A stretch of DNA of 19,782 nucleotides. Source: Candidatus Heimdallarchaeota archaeon (lineage in GTDB: Archaea; Asgardarchaeota; Wukongarchaeia; Wukongarchaeales; JBHIFL01). The translations under genes were made by a program, and so were the position numbers. Below the pieces are notes generated by a model that did not search any database, was not told where the DNA came from, and was given only the letters and a program-made list of their open reading frames with translations. The stretch spans positions 1 to 19,782 of the forward strand of contig JBHIFL010000074.1 of NCBI GenBank assembly GCA_046761065.1, read 5' to 3'. Numbering within the stretch: position 1 is the first letter of the stretch; each line of letters starts with the position of its first letter. This document shows positions 8,061-17,181 of the stretch, piece by piece.

Positions 8061-9440
8061 TTATACCCAGTTCTCAAGAGCCTTTCTCAAGTGTTCTAAT
8101 GCCTTGACTTCATGAGGTTTGACTGCATGAAGAAGCCTGGCACCTTTACTTAGTTTTTCTTTTGGTAAAGCACCGTCCATCGAAAATGGGAAGAGTTCCA
8201 TGAATCGGCTCATGAGTTTTTCAGCATGTTGATATTCCTCAGCTGCCTTTCCAAGGGTCTTTGCTTGTTGCGTGCCCTGATGTTTTTTGCAAAGGCGTTC
8301 CAGGAACGTTCGTGCAAAGGCTTTGCCTTCATGGGTGCAGGCTGCAACGTAGCTGTTCCCATGATAAATCACCTTCTGCGGTGTTTTTTCCAAGACTTGG
8401 GCCCATTCTTCAAAGGCCTGAGGCCCTGAAACGTATCCTTTTCCTTTATATTCACCCTCTGCCATCTTGATCGCTCGCTGAATAGCTTCCATATCCTTCT
8501 GCTTCGCATCAGGAACCGATATTTGCTCTTCGAAGAAAATGGCTTCTAGGCAACCGGGTGCTTGCAACGCGTCGTATCTGATTGGTGGATCTGGCTGGTT
8601 GTTCAAATGACGAAATGTGCTTACCACATAAGAGTCCGCAGTGTAACCGTTCACAATACCGTATTCCGGCACTGGAATGCCCCAGATCACGACAGGACGT
8701 CCTGTCCGAACAAGTCCTTCTTTCACAAGCTCAAAGTGTGCTCGAGCTCGGGCTGAATCTTCTGAAGTAATGGTATCCCCCAGAGGGTATGAAATTTCTT
8801 CACTAACAGATGAGATCTTCCACCCCAAGGCTTCTGTTCCTTTGTGGATTTCTTCCCACGCGTTATGTGCAGTAGGACCAGAGGGACAAGTCACTCCTTC
8901 AGCAACGTTGACTAGAAAAGCGTAGCTAGAGTAACCAGCAATATCAATTATGTCACAACCGACACCTAAAGACTTCAATACCCCGGTGACTGCCATTACA
9001 TACGAGATCCATCCTGGTTCATATTTAGCTTTTGTCCTTAACTCATATGCTTCCATCTTAGGTTTCCTCCTTAATTTATAGCCACGTGAGTAACGTTCCA
9101 AGAGCTGTTGTCTTTCAAGAGCTTCTCGCCTTTGGGAACTCATATATGTGCCCACAATGCTCTCTAATAGCTTATACCCATCAGGTGTGATCTGGTAATT
9201 TCCCCGATTGACTCGCTCTACCAAACCTTTTTTGATTAATTTAGTAAGGTGGTTAGCTAAGGCGGTTTTACTAAGTTTTGTTGCAAAACGAAGCTCAATA
9301 AATTCTTTAGATCCTTTCACCAATAGTGCTAAGAGTTGTAACCGCTTGGTATGAGCTGCTGCTCGAAGAACTCGGGCAAGATCATTGTTGGCTTCAAATA
9401 CGGCTCTTTGTAAGTTATCAGGGTTCACGGGGTTGCTCAT
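8061..9440 (-). CDS. ArsR-type winged-HTH regulator fused to a ~330-aa C-terminal domain (possibly BtrH_N / papain-like fold)
   Basis: LRAAAHTKRLQLLALL...LSKTALANHLTKLIKKGLVERVNRGNYQITPDG is a wHTH. The C-terminal GRPVVIWGIPVPEYGIVNGY and VSGPQAFEEW segments resemble C39/BtrH_N-type domains; the fold call is tentative. Confidence 0.8.
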   Translation of the reverse strand: MSNPVNPDNLQRAVFEANNDLARVLRAAAHTKRLQLLALLVKGSKEFIELRFATKLSKTALANHLTKLIKKGLVERVNRGNYQITPDGYKLLESIVGTYMSSQRREALERQQLLERYSRGYKLRRKPKMEAYELRTKAKYEPGWISYVMAVTGVLKSLGVGCDIIDIAGYSSYAFLVNVAEGVTCPSGPTAHNAWEEIHKGTEALGWKISSVSEEISYPLGDTITSEDSARARAHFELVKEGLVRTGRPVVIWGIPVPEYGIVNGYTADSYVVSTFRHLNNQPDPPIRYDALQAPGCLEAIFFEEQISVPDAKQKDMEAIQRAIKMAEGEYKGKGYVSGPQAFEEWAQVLEKTPQKVIYHGNSYVAACTHEGKAFARTFLERLCKKHQGTQQAKTLGKAAEEYQHAEKLMSRFMELFPFSMDGALPKEKLSKGARLLHAVKPHEVKALEHLRKALENWV

Positions 9441-9486
9441 ATATTCTGTTACTCCCTAATCATAACAGAACATGTGATTATATAAA
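9441..9486 (-). promoter_or_regulatory. TATA box and 11-bp inverted repeat (candidate autoregulatory operator) for the ArsR fusion gene
   Basis: Minus-strand TTTATATA at 9479-9486 with an A-rich BRE-like flank. ATATTCTGTTA (9441-9451) and TAACAGAACAT (9463-9473) match at 10 of 11 positions and flank the GGGAG SD. Confidence 0.6.
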
Positions 9487-9650
9487 TGTTTTTATGAACA
9501 GAAGTACTAAATATTATGAACAATTTCCAATTAAACCCAATTGTTACCAATAAGTTATCAATGGATTGTTTTCATTTACAAGAGTTAGCCTTAGTAATGG
9601 TTCTAGAAGTTCTCAAAATTCTAGTCTTAATCCATAAAACACCAAAACTA

Positions 9651-10973
9651 TCAAAAAAACAAGAAAATATAGAGTATGAGATAAAGAGTTGCACAAAGCA
9701 TAGATATAAGTGCAGCAAGGGCTCCAGCTATGAAAAAATTCCGAAAGAACGATTTCTTTGTATCTTTTGATTTTACAATTCTATCGTACAGTCCAAGCAC
9801 TAAGACTCCCGCTGGCGAGGCGATTGGAGTTAAGTTCCCTCCAAGAACTGTACCGAAAAGTGCACCCCACCAAAGTGGGCTTAGGTTTTGAAACTGAAGT
9901 TGGATGTCAACTATAACTGCTGTGAACGTGATTGCAGTTGGAATATTGTCGACAATACCACTTGTAAAGCCCCCAATCCATAAAAGAAGTAAAGAAATAA
10001 AATAAATGTTGCCGCCGGAGAGAGCTATTAGGCTATTCGCGATTTCAACAAGAAGACCCGCCTCTTCTGCTCCACGTACTACAGCATATAACGAACCGAA
10101 GAAGAATAAGCTTCCCCAATCAATCTCTTTCAGGACGCTTTCAGGGTTTGCCCCACTAAATATTAGCATTAGCACAGCTCCACCTACTGCAACAAAGCCT
10201 GGATTAGCAAAGGGACCTCCAACTGTTTTTCCTACCACAAATGAGGTAATAACAAGACCTAAAATCGTTATGCTACGTTTAAACAAGCCACGGTCTTCTA
10301 CGACGGTCCATTCATTGAGGTCTTCAAGTGTTCGGCGACTAAGAGTAATTCGTAGTCGGCTTGTTGTCTCAAGTGCATCCTTGAACCAGTATCGGAGGAA
10401 TCGAATTAAAATGAAACCCATGAGCAGCCCAAGAGGTGCGAAGTTTAAGATGAAATAAGTGAAGGGGTATTCCGCAGCGGATCCTACGATGATACTCGGT
10501 ACACTAGCCACTAGTGTCATGAAACCCCCTATATTTGACAAAATCGCCTCACTGATGAGAAAAGGTGCGGGATCTAGCCTCAACGCTCGACAAATCGTGA
10601 AAGTAAGAGCCCCAAGAATAACCATTGTTGCCACATTGGACAAAACCGCTGGCATAATCAACGCGGTAATACAAAACAACGTTAGGAGTCTGTTCGGATC
10701 TCCTCCTGAAATCTTAATCAGCCTTATTGATAGATACTGGAATACTCCCGCTCTATTTGTAATATCCACAATAATGAACATCCCAATAAGAAGGCCTAAT
10801 GCATCAGCATTCGCACCTAATGTCTCAACAACGGACTCAACACTGACTAAGCCAAAGCTAATGAAAAGCATAGCTCCAAGCATTGCGGCGACGGATCTGG
10901 GAAGCTGCTCAGAGACAATAAGCGCGAAGACAAAAATAAAAAGAGTTAGTGCAAGTACTAAATCTTCTGCCAC
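9651..10973 (-). CDS. ArsB/NhaD/CitMHS (SLC13-like) ion-transporter-superfamily permease
   Basis: About 12 hydrophobic helices, with LSNVAT, SNIGGFMTLVASVPS, IDWGSLFFFGSL, SGIVDNIP and LGGNLTPIASPAG. GAGGT RBS before the GTG. Confidence 0.88.
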   Translation of the reverse strand: MAEDLVLALTLFIFVFALIVSEQLPRSVAAMLGAMLFISFGLVSVESVVETLGANADALGLLIGMFIIVDITNRAGVFQYLSIRLIKISGGDPNRLLTLFCITALIMPAVLSNVATMVILGALTFTICRALRLDPAPFLISEAILSNIGGFMTLVASVPSIIVGSAAEYPFTYFILNFAPLGLLMGFILIRFLRYWFKDALETTSRLRITLSRRTLEDLNEWTVVEDRGLFKRSITILGLVITSFVVGKTVGGPFANPGFVAVGGAVLMLIFSGANPESVLKEIDWGSLFFFGSLYAVVRGAEEAGLLVEIANSLIALSGGNIYFISLLLLWIGGFTSGIVDNIPTAITFTAVIVDIQLQFQNLSPLWWGALFGTVLGGNLTPIASPAGVLVLGLYDRIVKSKDTKKSFFRNFFIAGALAALISMLCATLYLILYIFLFF

Positions 10974-11734
10974 TTAATTTTACCTCATTTGAAATGAATT
11001 CTTAGGTTTTAAATGCAACCGACTTTGGGATTACGGTTCTCCAATATTTAGGCACTACTTGACAATAATGATAAAGAATATTTGTTTTGATGTTGTTTCA
11101 TTAAGTTTGTTCGTCTCTCAAATAATATTCACATAAGTCCAAGATTTGGAGTTTCTAGAGATTCAAATGGAAAAGCCTAGTGAAATGAGGTTTTTCAGTT
11201 AATTAGACCTAGATTGGTATCTTTTTTCACGAAACTGAGCTGCAATAACTTCATTCAAAAAACCTCAAACTTGCTAGGCAGTTAGGTGCAAAGAAAATAT
11301 CATCCTATAGTCTCAAGGAAATTCAATGGTACTCAAGGTACTTTGTGGGGGTGACAGCCCGTTCGGAGCGAAGAGAAATCTACCCATTTATTTGGAACAG
11401 ATAATTCTCGATCTAAATAAACTTTATAACAATGCAAGACGATGAGGGAATGTCGTTGAGATGAAACCCAGTGAATTGGTCAGAGTACTAAAAGTCATAA
11501 GTTGTGATTGTTGCTCGTTAGATGCGAACATAAGCGAGATTCCATAGAATTTCCTTATTTAGGGTTCAATTGGTTTAACTACTTGGAATCAACAATAGTC
11601 AGTAGATTTATACTTTTAGATATTGGAAACTCGGGAAAATAATAAATTGTATCGTGTTTCCACAACATCGAGTTACAGTATTTATAAATATTTCATATAT
11701 AAATTACTTCCCAAATTGTGAAAAGATGGTATAA

Positions 11735-13321
11735 ATGATGAGATTGAAAATTTTTTCTTTATTACAACCAAGGAACATGAGATTTATTAATGAAAAACTA
11801 AAGAAAAAACGATTTAAATACAAAAAAGTGCTCTTTTTCACATTCGCCATCATACTAACTGGAGCATGCCCTATTATATTTACACAGGCTACTCTACAGC
11901 CTACCATGGCTTGGGAACAGACATATGGTGGCTCAGGTTCTGATATTGCGAACTCAATGATCCAAACGACCGATGGTGATTTTGTCCTCGCTGGCTACAC
12001 TACATCCCCAGAATTTGGGGGTGAATCTCAGGATGCATGGCTTATAAAGGTGAACTCCAAAGGAGGGGGATTGTGGTCACGAAGATTTGGTGGACCTGAT
12101 AATGATAGAGTAGAAGCTGTCATCCAGACAGCAGAGGGAGGGTTTGCCATTGCTGGCTCCTCCGTTATCTCCTATGGCGAACAAGGCGAGCTGGGGCGCA
12201 GTGCAGATGCTTGGCTGTTAAAATCAAATGAGAACGGATATGGGGTGTGGTCACAGACCTATGGTCGCTTTTTAATATTTGGCCAAAAGGATGATGCAGC
12301 GTATTCGTTAATCCAGACACCAGACGGTGGCTTTGTCCTTGTTGGGTACACTGGGTGCTACGGGGCAGGAAAAAAGGACATGTGGTTAATAAAAACAGAT
12401 TCTAATGGAAATCCACAGTGGAATCAAACCTATGGTGGTACAGAAGATGATATTGCATATGCAATCATACAAACAACAGGTGGAGGTTTCATCATAGCTG
12501 GCTCTACTACCTCTTATGGCGCGGGCAAATCTGACATCTAGTTTGTGAAGACCAGTCCCAATGGGAATGAAGAGTGGAATCGGGTTTATGGTGAATCAGG
12601 TGCTGATGTTGCAAAAACTATGATTCAGACATCCGATGGGGGGTATGTCCTCGCTGGTTGGACCAACTCTACTGTGGAGGAATCCTCTTTCCCTCTTCCT
12701 TTGCCCCCATCACTCCCTAAAACTGATGCTTTGTTAATGAAGACCGATTCCAATGGAGACATTCAATGGATGCAGACCTATCGCGGCATCTCACCTCAAA
12801 ATAAAGCCTTTTCAGTCATTGAAACAGCAAACGGCAGCCTTATTTTCACAGGCCAAACTGGTATGGACGCATGGATAGTGAAGACTGATTCCAACGGAAA
12901 TATGGAGTGGAATCAGACTTACGGTGGCCCGGGTTTGGATTCCGCCAACGCGATTATTCAGACGCCAGATGGAGGGATTGCATTTGCTGGAAGTTTCTAT
13001 TCTTCGGAAAGGACTGCTGATTTCTGGCTAGTGAAGACATACCCCGAATCATTGCCAATCATCCCTATCACATCTCCATTGATTATCCCCCCTCCTCTTA
13101 CTCATATCTCGACCTCCGAACCGGTGTCAACAAGTGAGATCCCGCCCGAAACCACTACTAAAACCACTACTGAAACTACTTCCACAGCTACAGTGGAACC
13201 TGTGACCCATACATTTACAAAAGAAGAGAAAAAATGGACCGATATTTCGGGATTCATGACTTTACCATCTCTTCTTGCCCTCATTGTCGTGATATTGGTG
13301 TTTAGAAAACATAAAAAATAG
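11735..13321 (+). pseudogene. Secreted 7-repeat beta-propeller surface protein with Pro/Thr-rich stalk and PGF-CTERM-like anchor, interrupted by one in-frame TAG at 12539-12541
   Basis: ORFs 11735..12541 and 12545..13321 share a frame (KSDI*FVKT). There are seven repeats of WxQTYGGxxxDxAxxxIQTxDGGFxxAG...DxWLxKTDSNG, and the stop sits at the repeat Trp. Basic plus hydrophobic signal peptide (real start probably ATG 11777), T-rich linker, and ISGF-TM-RKHKK at the C-terminus. Confidence 0.8.
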
Positions 13322-13445
13322 TTAGATACTTTGCGGAATTTCCATCGAAACCTAATCAACTTAACCGCTATTTATTTCAAAACAAAACGCAATTACTTCG
13401 TATATGGGATAAACTCGATCGAAATACACGAAAATTTCGAATCCT

Positions 13446-15155
13446 CTACAAAGGCAACCCTTCATCTATGCTTTTTTGTATAGCCAGAAAACACAGCATA
13501 CTAACCAATCCTACTAGGAAACACATTGCACCGGCAAAACCATATTGTCGGGCTCCAATGTACTTATAGATAGCAATCGACATCGTGGTGGCTTCAGGCC
13601 AGTAAATAAAATTCGTTGCAGCAAATTCGCCTATACTGACAGCAATAACAAATGCAATCCCTGTTTGTATCCCTGGAGTCATTAGGGGGAGCTGGATACG
13701 AAGAAAAGCATCGAGTCGGGAGCTCCCTAAGGTGCGAGCGGCGTAGACGTAATCGGGGTTAACTTTTCGATAGCTACTTAAAAGGGCTCGGAACATAAAC
13801 GGAAAGCCTATCATTGTATGAGCGATTACAATCAAAATCCAAGAGGATGTATAATACCACTTGAAGCGTGAATAGGTATAGAGGAGTCCCAACGCAATTG
13901 TGATCGACGAAAGACCGATAGGGGAAAAGAAGATACTTTCAAGGATGTGCTGTACTTTTTGGGGGGTACGTTCAAGCCCACGGATTGCCATGACGACTAA
14001 ACCAAGATCCAGCATCACTGCAAGACTTGCAAACAGACAAGTGTTAATAATGGTCTTTGCGGGTGAAATATGGAGAATAGCGCTGCTACGGTTACTAAAT
14101 ATGACGCTAAAATTTTTAAGGGTCCAAATCCCTCTTTCAACATCTTGAAATGCCGATAGGGCAATACTAACCATTGGTCCTAGGTCAAAAATCAAAATAA
14201 ACCCTAGAACTCCTAATAAAAGACCTTTTATTTTTGCTGATTCAGTAGCCATCCTTCTTCGTTCTATCGGCTTAATTTCCCCAACCTTTACTGGGCTTAA
14301 CACTACAGCAGAAACTTTCGAATATAAATAGATGAGCAATATGCTCATGAACGTCTGAAATATTGCTAAAACGCCTGCAAGCTGTCTCAGGGAGAATGGA
14401 GGTTTATATAGGATCCATATCTGCAACTCTATTGTGTAGAATTGTCCTCCCCCTAATTCGAGGACAATAGCAAAACTTAGCAAGCAGTAAGTAAAGGTAA
14501 GGATTGAGGCGGCTAAAAGACCTGGCAACATGTTCGGCAAGAGAATTCGTCTAATGAAATGGAGATTTTTACTTCCTAAAGTTCTGGCCGCATCAATTTG
14601 ATCCTTATCTAGTATGGCAAGCGCGGAAGAAACCCAATAAATTACTAATGGTGCATTATAGAATGCGTGAGCTATAATGATTGCCCAAAACCCTCTTGAC
14701 AAGTCCAGACCTAAATCGATCCCGAAAATGGCCAAGAATCTATTAACAAAGCCGGCTGATCCCCAAAATCGGATAAATCCTAGGACGACATAAAGTGGAG
14801 GTAATATAAACGGTACGGTCACGAGGGCAAGTAAAGTCTTTCGGCTGAAAAACTCAAAGCGACCAAATATGTAGCCAATAGGAATACCTATTAATAAACT
14901 GAGTCCTGTACTGATCCCCGCTTGCAAGATGGTAAATCTAAATATTTGATGATATAAAGAGCCTTCTAGGACAGTAATTATAGCATTTATGAATCCCTCA
15001 GATGTTTCTCCAATGGCAAGAAAAAGAACGAAGAAAAAAGGTATGAAAATGAAAAAAAATAAGACCGCTAGAGGCACACCAAGTCCAAGGGTGTCAAAAA
15101 CAAGAGAAAGTCTACGTAATGACTTCCGCTTGAGGGCAACTATTGGGACTTCCAA
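13446..15155 (-). CDS. thiP: Thiamine (ThiP/FbpB-type) ABC transporter permease with duplicated membrane domains
   Basis: FTILQAGIST, VPFILP, AHAFYNAP, two EAA-like loops (DAARTLGS and YAARTLGSSRLDAF) and SIGEF. GGTGA RBS at 15165-15169. Follows thiB. Confidence 0.85.
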   Translation of the reverse strand: MEVPIVALKRKSLRRLSLVFDTLGLGVPLAVLFFFIFIPFFFVLFLAIGETSEGFINAIITVLEGSLYHQIFRFTILQAGISTGLSLLIGIPIGYIFGRFEFFSRKTLLALVTVPFILPPLYVVLGFIRFWGSAGFVNRFLAIFGIDLGLDLSRGFWAIIIAHAFYNAPLVIYWVSSALAILDKDQIDAARTLGSKNLHFIRRILLPNMLPGLLAASILTFTYCLLSFAIVLELGGGQFYTIELQIWILYKPPFSLRQLAGVLAIFQTFMSILLIYLYSKVSAVVLSPVKVGEIKPIERRRMATESAKIKGLLLGVLGFILIFDLGPMVSIALSAFQDVERGIWTLKNFSVIFSNRSSAILHISPAKTIINTCLFASLAVMLDLGLVVMAIRGLERTPQKVQHILESIFFSPIGLSSITIALGLLYTYSRFKWYYTSSWILIVIAHTMIGFPFMFRALLSSYRKVNPDYVYAARTLGSSRLDAFLRIQLPLMTPGIQTGIAFVIAVSIGEFAATNFIYWPEATTMSIAIYKYIGARQYGFAGAMCFLVGLVSMLCFLAIQKSIDEGLPL

Positions 15156-15199
15156 TTTGTGATTTCACCGCTATATAGTCGAATTTTGATTTGATTCTG

Positions 15200-16351
15200 T
15201 TAACCCATTACGATGGTCTGCCATTCTTGTAACCAATCTTTTAGGTTTAGTGCAATTTCTTCTTGAGAAAATAAGTTGTTCACTAAGGAGACTTCATCCG
15301 GATGGACTGCATGTTCTACAAATACCTGTGGTAACTTTACATTCTGATTAGCTGGATACATCCAATTATTAGTGGGAAAATATATTTGAACTGGCTCAGT
15401 CAAGAACCAATCAATGAATTGTTTTGCGAATTTCTCATGCTGTGCTCCGTTTATAAGACCCAAACCTTCCACTTGGAACCACGAATAAGTGTTTCCCTGC
15501 TCATGACTAAGCGTAATATGGGCATTCGATCCATACTCGAAGAAAGCATTGTAGGCTAAATCAGTTCCATAGCTTACGACGAGATGGTCATCAGTTTCCT
15601 CAAAAAACACGCGTTCAAACGCTTCAGTCCACCCTGAGGCGATGAAGACCCCATCCCCTTCTGTCATTGCCCGCCACCAATCTTGCCATGACTGGTGTAG
15701 AACCTTCTCATAGATACCGATTTGCCATAGCAGAAAGGATTTACCAGGGGAACTTGTAAGGGGATTCTCAATTACAAAGGTACTGCGATATTTGTCCATG
15801 GTCAAATCTGCAAGGGTGAGATCTGCCTGGAGTTCTGGATAACTCTCTGCAGTTAAGGCCACTGCATCATATACTAACGCGATCACTCCGAAATCATATG
15901 GGACAACATAGTGTTCCGGATCGAGAGCTGTAATTAAACGGGTTGGAATGTTATTCAAAGTGATAGGGGTATAGGGTTTTAGAACATTGGCTTCTTTCAA
16001 AGTTATAATGTCTAAGTTATCGATCCCTATCACAACGTCGGCTATAGGGCTCTCTTTCTCTCGTACAAGTTGCTCGATCATTGTTCCTGTACTTTCAAAT
16101 TCAGTTACTTGGATGGTGATCCCATGTTCCTGCTCAAAAGCTGAAAAAACCGCCGCAAAAATTTCTTTATAAGGAGTTCCAATACCAGACGCTTCGTCGT
16201 ACCCCCATTTAAGTAAAGAATCATACGTATAAATATTGAGGGTACGCTCTTCGGGGCGTCGACTGAGAGTGACGATAGCTACAGCGACAATGACAACCAA
16301 GACGATAGTTGCACCAATTAACAATCTTCTTGACTCTCTACTAAGTGCCAT
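15200..16351 (-). CDS. thiB: Thiamine ABC transporter substrate-binding protein with N-terminal TM anchor
   Basis: LNIYTYDS, ADVVIGIDN, PYDFG, NPLTSSPGKSFL, GWTEA, VVSYGTD, QVEG and NWMYP are ThiB/TbpA motifs. GAGGAG RBS at 16357-16362. Confidence 0.92.
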   Translation of the reverse strand: MALSRESRRLLIGATIVLVVIVAVAIVTLSRRPEERTLNIYTYDSLLKWGYDEASGIGTPYKEIFAAVFSAFEQEHGITIQVTEFESTGTMIEQLVREKESPIADVVIGIDNLDIITLKEANVLKPYTPITLNNIPTRLITALDPEHYVVPYDFGVIALVYDAVALTAESYPELQADLTLADLTMDKYRSTFVIENPLTSSPGKSFLLWQIGIYEKVLHQSWQDWWRAMTEGDGVFIASGWTEAFERVFFEETDDHLVVSYGTDLAYNAFFEYGSNAHITLSHEQGNTYSWFQVEGLGLINGAQHEKFAKQFIDWFLTEPVQIYFPTNNWMYPANQNVKLPQVFVEHAVHPDEVSLVNNLFSQEEIALNLKDWLQEWQTIVMG

Positions 16352-16387
16352 TTTAACTCCTCAATCTTTCAATATTTTGATAAATCT

Positions 16388-16420
16388 TATAAAACTTTTA
16401 TATAAATTCTTTATAAATTC
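16388..16420 (-). promoter_or_regulatory. thiBP promoter: TATA box overlapped by the palindrome TATAAAA-C-TTTTATA
   Basis: Perfect 7-bp inverted repeat at 16388-16402, minus-strand TTTATATA at 16399-16406, and a TATAAATTC direct repeat at 16401-16409 and 16412-16420. Confidence 0.45.
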
Positions 16421-16521
16421 AATAATCCTTACATCCGTTTGAAAATACTAATTTTCTGATGAGCTCCCATCTACAATTTCGTATAGGGTGATGCACTTAT
16501 TGAAATCATTAATTCATTCAA

Positions 16522-17142
16522 TTAACATTCTTGGAATATTTCTTTCATTTTCAAATTCTCTGGATGATACAGTGGGTGAGCCATACAGAAGTCTACGCCT
16601 TGTAGGAGTTTGGATTTATCCCATTCAGGCGGCTCGTTGCTCCTATTTGGGAGCCACATGAGGTGGATTTCGAAACACTCCCCCACATGCTTCGTTTTAT
16701 GAGACACCTTAATAAAGTCGATTGATCTGAACCCAAACAGTTCTAAGTGCTTCTTCTTCAACCACGGGCTCCAATGATTCTCCAGACCGAGTGTTGCGAA
16801 TCCATCTGTATCTTTGCAATCTTTGAACATCTTGTTCATGAGACGTTTTCCAAAATGATAGCCTTTTGCCTTCCTTAATACCCAGATACAGTTAAGAACG
16901 ATCAAGTTTTTACCATAAATTGGAAAGTCGGACGCATCCGCAGGTATGTACTCAATCTGGCCAACCACAACTCCATTAAATAAAAGTAACTTCTTGCGGA
17001 ATCCCTTTGGTATGGTGAACTCCAAATATTTGCGTCTCTTTCTGTACTTCTTAAAAGGCATGGGCGCGAAACATTTGTAGAGAAACTTCTCATAAAGCCC
17101 ACCCTCAATAGCGTCTATAACTTTAACACCAAGATCAGACAA
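16522..17142 (-). CDS. GNAT-family N-acetyltransferase (YoaP-like)
   Basis: VVGQIEYIP followed by LNCIWVLRKAKGYHFGKRLM (acetyl-CoA binding motif A) and FGF. TTG start. Confidence 0.8.
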   Translation of the reverse strand: MSDLGVKVIDAIEGGLYEKFLYKCFAPMPFKKYRKRRKYLEFTIPKGFRKKLLLFNGVVVGQIEYIPADASDFPIYGKNLIVLNCIWVLRKAKGYHFGKRLMNKMFKDCKDTDGFATLGLENHWSPWLKKKHLELFGFRSIDFIKVSHKTKHVGECFEIHLMWLPNRSNEPPEWDKSKLLQGVDFCMAHPLYHPENLKMKEIFQEC

Positions 17143-17181
17143 GTTCTGAACCCCACTGTGCCAGGTACAACTTGAATTGGC

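Noticed and set aside
11910-13040. DNA repeats as a CRISPR array or a DGR template/variable pair
   Set aside because: They are degenerate codon-level repeats of a protein motif. There is no identical repeat-spacer structure, no adenine-specific variant copy, and no cas or RT gene.
13419-13440. TCGAAAT-N8-ATTTCGA hairpin just after the thiP stop
   Set aside because: Weak 7-bp stem with no adjacent U-tract; too little to call a terminator.
16352-16521. TPP riboswitch upstream of thiB
   Set aside because: No CTGAGA core or GC-rich stems; the region is AT-rich promoter sequence.
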